Below, piece after piece: positions 13,081 to 23,100 of a stretch of 64,000 nt of DNA. The notes under the pieces are model-generated. The model had not been told where the DNA came from, did no database searches, and saw only the letters and a list, made by a program, of their open reading frames with translations. How positions within the stretch are numbered: position 1 is the stretch's first letter; each line of letters opens with the position of its first letter. The position numbers and the translations under genes were made by a program. Source of the stretch: Mobula birostris (lineage: Eukaryota); assembly GCF_030028105.1 (NCBI RefSeq), contig NC_092391.1, positions 41,947,223 through 42,011,222 on the forward strand, in the 5' to 3' direction.

Positions 13081-14077
13081 TGTATCTGCTCATACACTAG
13101 TACGGTGAATGACTCAGAAGATTGTAATTCCTCATGAATTGTCTGTAGGCCTAGGCCTAGAATCCTCCTCTTCAAAAATCGCCACACTGGACCGTCTTTA
13201 GAATGAAAATTTCTCTCCAATTTTCTATTTCACCGGTAGAGTTTGTTCACTCCCATAAGTCAGTCGGCAGCGCGCAAGGGGAAGTTGGGGGAGGTAATTC
13301 GGGAGGGAGAGGCTAACGTTACAGCCCTCACCAGTTATCAATGGCCTCCCCTATCTCACATTAAGAACTGAGAATGAACTTAAGCAAACAAACACGGTCC
13401 TACTGCACACTGCCATACTGGGCAGAGAGACCACTAACAAATTGTTAACGGGTCCACTCACTGCCCATCACTGCAAGTGCTAGCATCACGCATTGCACAA
13501 AGTTCAAAAAACGATGTTTATTTTTAAATCATGATCTCTCGTGGAGCCCTAGGGTTCCATGAAACCCTGGTTGAGAAACCCCGCAGCATACTAACTGTAT
13601 TTTCTGCACACAACTCATAGGCTCCATGCCATGGTATATCAAGTGTTACCTAAACACCTAGATGTTGTGGAACTACCTGCCTGCTGCACTCCAACTTTGC
13701 ATTGGTATAACAAAAAGTTAAGAGGTAGGGAAAAGGAGCAGAAAAGGTACAAATGAAAGAGAAGATCTAATGAGGCAGAAGGTGGGAGACATTACTTGTC
13801 AAAAGGGATGATGTCAGGCAACAGGAGATGGAAATAGGATGTAAAGAAATTTTTTTAAATGTCTAGGGGAGGTGCAAATGGAAATACTAGTGTCAAAATT
13901 ACTTACCTTATTTCAGATTTCCAGCCACTGAAATTTTTTGCCTACAATTAACAATGAGCTCAGTGGGTCTGAATTGAAATTGTTGAACCAGTAAATACAT
14001 AAGTGAATGGGGAGATGCTATTCCTCAAGCTTGCATTTAAATACATTATTTCTGTATTTGTGGTATAGGGAAGAGAC

Positions 14078-14143
14078 ATGGCCGAGAGACCAGAAGACCT
14101 GAATCTGCCAAATGCTGTCATTACCAGGATTATAAAAGAGGCG
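14078..14143 (+). CDS. POLE3: POLE3 coding exon 1 (acceptor AG at 14067-14068, 9-nt 5'UTR part)
   Basis: [22 protein letters not shown], then GTGAGC donor. Confidence 0.97.
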
Positions 14144-17100
14144 GTGAGCAGTAATACTTTGTCACTGTTCAGAGAAAGATCTGTAATGCTTTAACTTGGT
14201 AAAGCCAATGAACATTATTTCCTTATAATTGAACTATTACTGCTGTTCTAATGCAGCAAACATCTAATAGATGTACAACACAAAATAATCTGCAGATGCT
14301 GGGGTCAAAGCAACACTCACAACACGCTGGAGGAGCTCAGCAGGTCAGGCAGCATCCGTGGAAACGATCAGTCAACGTTTCGGGCCGGAACCCTTCGTCA
14401 GGACTGTAGAGGGAAGGGGCAGAGGCCCTATAAAGAAGGTGGGGGGAGGGTGGGAAGGAGAAGGCTGGTAGGCTCCAGGTGAAAAACCAGCAAGGGGAAA
14501 GATAAAGGGGTGGGGGAAGGGAGGCAGGGAGGTGATAGGCAGGAAAGGTGAAGAAAGAATAGGGGAAAACACAATGGGTAGTAGAAGGAGGCGGAACCAA
14601 GAGGGAGGAGGTAGGCAGCTGGGGGAGGGGGCAGAGTGACATAGGGATAGGAGAAGAGAGGGAGAGGGAATTACCAGAAGTTGGAGAATTCTATGTTCAT
14701 ACCAAGGGGCTGGAGACTACCTCGACGGTATATGAGGTGTTACTCCTCCAACCTGAGTTTGGCCTCATCATGGCAGTAGAGGAGGCCATGTATGGACATA
14801 TCTGAATGGGAGTGGGAAGCAGAGCTGAAGTGGGTGGCTACTGGGATATCCTGTCTGTTGTGGTGGACGGAGCGGAGGTGCTCGACGAAGCGGTCCCCCA
14901 ATCTGCGTCAGGTTTCACCGACGTAGCAGAGGCCGCACCGGATGCAATAAATGACCCCAACAGACTCACAAGTGAAGTGTTGCCTCACCTGGAAGGACTG
15001 TTTGGGGCCCTGAATGGTGGCAAGAAAGGAGGTGTAGGGACAGGTGTAGCACTTACGCTTACAGGGTAAGTGCCAGGTGGGAGATCCATGGGGAGGGATG
15101 TGTGGACCAGGGAGTCGCACAGAGACCAATCCCTGCGGAAGGCGGAGAGGGGTGGAGAGGGAAAGACGTGCTTAGTGGTGGGGTCCTGTTGAAGGTGGTG
15201 GAAGTTGCAGAGGATAATGTACTGGATCCGGAGGCCAGTGGAGTGGTAGGTGAGGACAAGGGGAACTCTGTCCCTGTTGTGGTGGCGGGAGGATGGGGTG
15301 AGAGCCGATGTGCGGGAAATGGAGGAGGTGCGGGTGAGGGCGTCATTGATGACTGCAGAAGAGAAACCACGATCCTTAAAGAAAGAGGACATTTGAGATG
15401 TCCTGGAACAGAAAACCTCATCCTTGGAGTAGATGTACAAGTTATTTTTATACTATGTTGGTACATATTTTTAGTGTGTATTTGTTTAAAAACAAGTAAA
15501 ATACTTTTTTGTCATGATTCTTATGTTGTGAAAATGTTAAGCTGCAATTAGACAATGTGGTAATAAGAAATATTAAAACTTATTTGTGACATGAAAAAGA
15601 ACTAGTCACTTATGGAATGTTTATTGGCTTCATGATCAAACAGAAGTTTGACTATTTCTACAAACTGCAAAGCACGATGCAGTCTGATACATCAAAGAGC
15701 TTACTGCGAATTTTGCTGCCATTGCACTTAGTCTGAGGTGTATTTGGAACTGATGATCAGGGGTCAGCCATTCCTATTTTGTCATCATCCAGTCTGGCTC
15801 TTTAAATTTATTTTAAATTAATGCAGCAAAGCATCTATAGATATGAAAGTTTATTTTCGGTTGCAACGCAGTAAAGGTAGGATTTCAGTAAAGAAACAGC
15901 TTTAAAATATTTCATTGTGGAGGAAAGCCATGCAAATATTGCAATGTTACCAATTTTTAAAAATATACATCACTTTTTTTTATTCCACGGAAAAACGGCA
16001 TTGTCATTGTAAAACAAAAACATTATGGATATGGAAATAATGTTTAAATGTCAATAGAGAAATTGGAAGTAATGGACAAAGACTTCATGATTTCAAATGC
16101 ACCCAGCACCTAACTTGCCCTGGTGACTCCAGTTTGTAAATCTGTGAAGTACACAAGGAGTGGATATGAATATATTTGGTTCACTGCTTTCATATGTATC
16201 ATAAATTCAGATTTATGCTCTAATGGAAGTGATTGTCAGTGTTGTAATGTGAACGGGAGAAGTACTGCAGCTACTGGATACTGAAGTGTTTTATTCAACA
16301 AAATGAGACCCTCTCGGAGGAAGAAGCCTGTTTGACTCAATATTACATGACATTTTGCATGCTAAACATCAAAGAAAGCAGGAGAATTCTATAATTACAA
16401 TGTATCTGCAATATTTTGAATTACATATAGTTTTCACACCTCCTCCTTCGCACCCACACGTTCCAGGCACCCAAAATGAATGTTAATCAGCATTGTCTGG
16501 TTTTCAATTTACTGGTGTCCACAACTCCAGGAAACTATTGTCCAGTGCTACATTTTAAATTTAATCTACGATCCATGTTCAGGTCTAAAGGTTTGTTGCT
16601 GAAGTTAATATTTGCTATATACTGTAATTCCAGAATACGCCCTAGCAGTCAGGTCAGTAGGGCTCCAGAGTTTGTGTGTAAATATTTGAATTACACAATT
16701 TAAGAATTTATGGAAAGTGATTGAACCCATTTGGATTTTTATGTTTACTGACTTTCTGTATAATTAATATAGTTCCTTAGATATTTGTGTGATGTAGTAA
16801 GTGGGAAACATCCAGTTCCTTGAGTCTTGGACAAGATGAAAAAGAAAGTGAATGGCTCTAGTAACGGAAACAATACTTTGAGAATTGTTTGCAGTTAGCA
16901 GTGATCATAAGCAGAGCATTGTGCAGCCAGGTTGGATAATCACCGAGAGGAACCTTGTTATACTGTATTTCCATATGTTATTAAATAAGAGATTAGTTAA
17001 TGGAGCAGGATAATATGTAATTAGTGAAAACTTTGTGTGCCCCGTATTTAAAACAAAATTACATTCCTAGCAATCAAATAACAGCTGATGAAGATGGTTA

Positions 17101-20100
17101 TTACATACTGGTTATCTGGCTTTTTTGATGTCTTTCTAACTATGGTGTTGAATTGATTCTATTTCTCTCTGTTCTAGAAACATGTGATTGTATTAATCTC
17201 ATCAAAGTTGCTGGAGAACGCAGCAGGCCCGGCAGCGTCTATTGGAAGAGGTACAGTTGACGTTTCGGGCCGAGACCCTTCGTCAGGACTAACAAAGGGT
17301 CTCGGCCCGAAACGTCGACTGTACCTCTTCCAATAGATGCTGCCGGGCCTGCTGCGTTCACCAGCAACTTTGATGTGTGTTGCTTGAATTTCCAGCGTCT
17401 GCAGAATTCCTCATGATTGTATTAATCTGTTTTCTTCTCTTTAGCTCCCAGATGGAGTGAATGTATCAAAAGAAGCCCGCAGTGCAATATCCCGAGCAGC
17501 TAGTGTTTTTGTTCTCTATGCAACTTCCTGGTAAGAAACACCACTTAGCAGCAAAGCCTATTGCCTTGAAGCTCTGTAACTCTACTATGTAATTTCCTTC
17601 AGTTCAAGAATTACTAAAATGACAGTCTTAATCTGTTGTGTTCTGAATTTTGTGCTCACGGAAATGAAAGAAGCTTTTGCACCTTCATTAATCCCTTGGT
17701 TCTGGAGAGCTTTCGAGGCTTCATTAAATCTTGGTAAACTTCCCGAATCTTTCAATAGAGCGTCAATCTCTTTAATATTAAAGAAGGATAAACATCCTGC
17801 TCAATGTGCATCTTATAGACCAATATCTTTACTAAATGTTGACTCTAAAATTTTTTCTAAGTTATTAGCGAACAGATTAGAAAAAGTACTTCCTTTTATT
17901 ATTTCGGAAGACCAAACGGGTTTTATTAAAGGTCGTTACTCTTTTTATAACATTTGCACACTGTTAAATATTGTTTATACCCCCTCACAAAATGTTCCTG
18001 AGTGTGTTATCTCTTTAGATGCTGAGAAAGCTTTTGGTAGAGTAGAATGGCCTTATTTATTTAAGATGCTTGAAATGTTTAATTTTACACAGTGACAAAA
18101 TTGGCAAACTGTTGGCTAATCAACTGAAGTCTAATTATGCTAAATCTCAAATTAATCAGATTTATAACCAAAATGACCGACTGATACTTGACCATGTGGG
18201 GATTAATCAAACTTTCTGTGATTTTTATTCTTCCTTATATCAATCAGAGTCTCCTCGAGATTCTAAATATATGAATGATTTTTTAGATAATCTAGACTTC
18301 CCTGAGATTTCACAGGATATGTCTTCTATGTTAGATACTCCCATTACCACGGATGAGATTAAGAATGTTATTTTCTCTATGAATTTGGGGAAAGGTCCTG
18401 GCCCTGATGGGTTTACCGTAGAATTTTATAAATGTTTCGCACCTTCATTAATCCCTTGGCTCTGTAGGGTTTTTGAGGCTTCATTAAAACTTGGTAAACT
18501 TCCTGAATCTTTCAATAGAGCGTCAATCTCTCTAATATTAAAGAAGGATAAAGATCTTGCTCAATGTGCATCTTATAGACCAATATCTTTATTAAATGTT
18601 GATTCTAAAGTTTTTTCTAAGTTATTAGCAAATAGATTAGAAAAAGTACTTCCTTTTATTATTTCGGAAGACCAAAGGGGTTTTATTAAAGGTCGTTACT
18701 CTTTTTATAACATTCGCACACTGTTAAATATTGTTTATACCCCTCACAAAATGTTCCTGAGTGTGTTATCTCTTTAGATGCTGAGAAAGCTTTTGATAGA
18801 GTAGAATGGCCTTATTTATTTAAGATGCTTGAAATGTTTAATTTTAGCTCGAAATTTATATCCTGGATTAAATTGTTATATCATTCTCCCGTGGCCTCGG
18901 TCCGTACTAGCTCTCTAAGCTCACCTTTTTTCCCTCTTTTTTGAGGTACTCGACAAGGTTGTCCTCTTAGTCCTTTATTATTTGATATTGCATTATAACC
19001 TCTTGCAATTGCCATTCGAGAATCTCCAAATATTACTGGGATAACTCGGGGCTTAAAGTCCCATAAAATATCACTCTATGCTGATGACTTACTTTTATAT
19101 ATTTCTAATCCTCAAAAATCCATCCCTGCTGTTTTAGAGTTATTAGCACAATTTAGTCTCTTTTCAGGTTATAAATTAAATCTTAGTAAGAGTGAACTTT
19201 TCCCGATTAATAAACAACTTCCCTTATATCATAACTTTCTGTTTAAATTGATTAATAATTATTTTTCATATCTTGGGATTAAAATTACTTGTAAACACAA
19301 AGATTTATTTAAGATTAACTTTTTACCCTGAATTGACCATATTATTCAACTTTCATCTAAATGGTTTCCTTTATATTTAACTTTGATTGGTCGTATTAAT
19401 GCAGTTAAGATGTTTTTTCTGCCAAAATTTCTATATATATTTCAGGCATTACCGATTTTTGTTCCAAAATCTTTTTTTGATAAAGTTGACTCAAAAATTT
19501 CTTCATTTATTTGGCAAAATAAAAACCTGAGACTGGGTAAAATACATTTACAGAAAACTAAGAGAGATGGAGGTTTAGCATTACCTAACTTTAGATTCTA
19601 TTATTGGGCAATCAATATTCGACATATGAAATTTTGGTTACTTGACCAGGATATACTATCCATTCCTAAATGGGTAGCATTGGAATTACAATCTGTTCAG
19701 GGCTATGCACTTGGCTCTATTTTAGGTTCCTCTCTTCCTTTTGATTTGAAACGCCTTAAACAGGTGTCTAACCCGATAGTTAAATATACCTTACGTATTT
19801 GGTTTCCAATTCAGAAAATTTTTTGATCTTAACCAATTTGGGCTAGCGATTCCTATTTTAGGTAACATATTTTTTCCTCCCTCTTTTACGGATTGTGCTT
19901 TTCAAATTTGGAAGACTAAGGGTATTTCACGGTTTTTGGATTTATTTTTAGATGGTTCCCTTATGTCTTTTGAACAATTATCTAATAAATATAATTTATC
20001 AAGAATACATTTTTTTAGATATCTACAAGTTAGAAATTTCCTAAGTACTATACTTTCTTCCTTTCCAATGCTTTCTCCTACATACATTTTAGATACTATA

Positions 20101-23100
20101 ATTAACCTTAATCCATGTCAGAAAGGTGCATCGGCTATTATTTATAATATTATTACGAAACTTAGGAAATCCATTTGATAAGATTAGGTCAAATTGGGAA
20201 CAAGAATTAGGATCTATTATTTCCGTGGATGACTGGGGGCAGATTTTACAATTAGTCAATACTTCCTCTATCTGTGTTAAACATTACCTAATTCAATTTA
20301 AAGTTGTTCATAGAGCACATATGTCCAAAGATAAATTAGCTTGCTTTTATTCTCATATTAATCCTTTTTGTGATAGATGTCTGGGGCAGATAGCTTCTTT
20401 AACTCATATGTTTTGGTCTTGTCCTACACTGGAAACTTTTTGGAGAGACATTTTTAATATTATCTCCAAGGTATTGAATATAGATATCTCTCCTCACCCT
20501 ATTACTGCTATCTTTGGACTACCAAAAATCTCCAGTAATCTTTCTCCTTCAGCCCGTAGAATGATTGCATTTCTTACTTTAATGGCGAAAAGATGTATCT
20601 TACAACATTGGAAAGAGCTTAATGCTCCAACTACCTTTTTTTGGTTTTCTCAGACGATATTATGCTTGAATTTGGAGAAAATTAGAAGCAATCTTTATGA
20701 CTCATTTAAATTTGAACAGACCTGGAGATCTTTTATTCAATATTTTCATTTAATGTAATATATACCCTTGGTTTTTTTTACTGTTTTTAATGGAGGTCGG
20801 GATTGAGGACGTGATTTTAAGTTTTTTAACTCTGTTTGGTTTCAAGTTAGCCCATTGCTTTGCTTTGCTTTTAGTTAGTTGCACGGTGGGTTTTTTTGGG
20901 GGGGGGGGGTTTCCCTTTTCTTTATTGATATATATAAAAATTAGTATACTATTATGTTACCTTGGTATGTTATGTTTAAATTACATTGTATTTTTTTTGT
21001 ATTAATATCTCCTGTAATTTTATTATATTCTAACAGTGTATTAGTGCCTATATGGCTTACCTTTTTGTATACTTATTCAATAAAAAGATTTAAAAAGAAA
21101 GAAAGAAATGTTTAATTTTAGCTCGAAATTTATATCCTGGATCAAACTGTTATATCATTCTCCCGTGGCCTCGGTCCGTACTAGCTCTCTAAGCTCACCT
21201 TTTTTCCCTCTTTTTCGAGGTACTCGACAAGGTTGTCCTCTTAGTCCTTTATTATTTGATATTGCATTATAACCTCTTGCAATTGCCATTCGAGAATCTC
21301 CAAATATTACTGGGATAACTCGGGGCTTAAAGTCCCATAAAATATCACTCTATGCTGATGACTTACTTTTATATATTTCTAATCCTCAAAAATCCATCCC
21401 TGCTGTTTTAGAGTTATTAGCACAATTTAGTCTCTTTTCAGGTTATAAATTAAATCTTAGTAAGAGTGAACTTTTCCCGATTAATAAACAACTTCCCTTA
21501 TATCATAACTTTCCGTTTAAATTGATTAATAATTATTTTTCATATCTTGGGATTAAAATTACTTGTAAACACAAAGATTTATTTAAGATTAACTTTTTAC
21601 CCTGAATTGACCATATTATTCAACTTTCATCTAAATGGTTTCCTTTATATTTAACTTTGATTGGTCGTATTAATGCAGTTAAGATGTTTTTTCTGCCAAA
21701 ATTTCTATATATATTTCAGGCATTACCAATTTTTGTTCCAAAATCTTTTTTTGATAAAGTTGACTCAAAAATTTCTTCATTTATTTGGCAAAATAAAAAC
21801 CTGAGACCGGGTAAAATACATTTACAGAAAGCTAAGAGAGATGGAGGTTTAGCATTACCTAACTTTAGATTCTATTATTGGGCAATCAATATTCAACATA
21901 TGAAATTTTGGTTACTTGACCAGGATATACTATCCATTCCTAAATGGGTAGTATTGGAATTACAATCTGTTCAGGGCTATACACTTGGCTCTATTTTAGG
22001 TTCCTCTCTTCCTTTTGATTTGAAACGCCTTAAACAGGTATCTAACCCGATAGTTAAATATACCTTACATATTTGGTTCCAATTTAGAAAATTTTTCGAT
22101 CTTAACCAATTTGGGCTAGCGATTCCTATGTTAGGTAATATATTTTTTCCTCCCTCTTTTACGGATCGTGCCTTTCAAATTTGGAAGACTAAGGGTATTT
22201 CACGGTTTTTGGATTTATTTTTAGATGGTTCCCTTATGTCTTTTGAACAATTATCTAATAAATATAATTTATCAAGAATACATTTTTTTAGATATCTACA
22301 AGTTAGAAATTTCCTAAGTACTATACTTTTTTCTTTTCCAATGCTTCCTCCTACATACATTTTAGATACTATAATTAACCTTAATCCATGTCAGAAAGGT
22401 GCATCGGCTATGATTTATAATATTATTATGAAACTTAGGAAAACTCCATTTGATAAGATTAGGGTAGATTGGGAACAGGAATTGGGGTCTATCATTTCCG
22501 TGGATGACTGGGGGCAGATTTTACAATTAGTCAATACTTCCTCTATCTGTGCTAAACATTCCCTAATTCAATTTAAAGTTGTTCATAGAGCACATATGTC
22601 CAAAGATAAATTAGCTTGCTTTTATTCTCATATTAATCCTTTTTGTGATAGATGTCCGGGGCAGATAGCTTCTTTAACTCATATGTTTTGGTCTTGTCCT
22701 ACTCTGGAAACTTTTTGGAGAGACATTTTTAATATTATCTCCAAGGTATTGAATATAGATATCTCTCCTCACCCTATTACTGCTATCTTTGGACTACCTA
22801 AAATTTCCAGTAATCTTTCTCCTTCAGCCCGTAGAATGATTGCATTTCTTACTTTAATGGCGAAAAGATGTATCTTACAACATTGGAAAGAGCTTAACGC
22901 TCCAACCACCTTTTTTTGGTTTTCTCAGACGATACTATGCTTGAATTTGGAGAAAATTAGAAGCGATCTTTATGATTCCTCACTTAAATTTGAACAGACC
23001 TGGAGATCTTTTATTCAATATTTTCATTTAATGTAATTTTTTTCCTTCTCTTTTTTGATCCATATTTATATACCCTTGTTTTTTTTTTTAACTGTTTTTA

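Larger units (their letters stand above)
9338..13583 (-). mobile_element. Degenerate hAT (Charlie-type) transposon hosting nested insertions
   Basis: TIRs CAGCTTTTCTCAACC / GGTTGAGAAACCCCG. Minus-strand remnants KWLQKLAYLTDTLHHMNQLNKSLQ (about 11320-11390) and LLQFSTSYTCEQAFSCLTSIKSKARN (about 10090-10170). Confidence 0.8.

Noticed and set aside
17200-17375. Classical MITE or pre-miRNA
   Set aside because: 15-bp TSD, asymmetric tail and identity to PLE 3' ends argue against a DNA-transposon MITE; there is no evidence for a miRNA.
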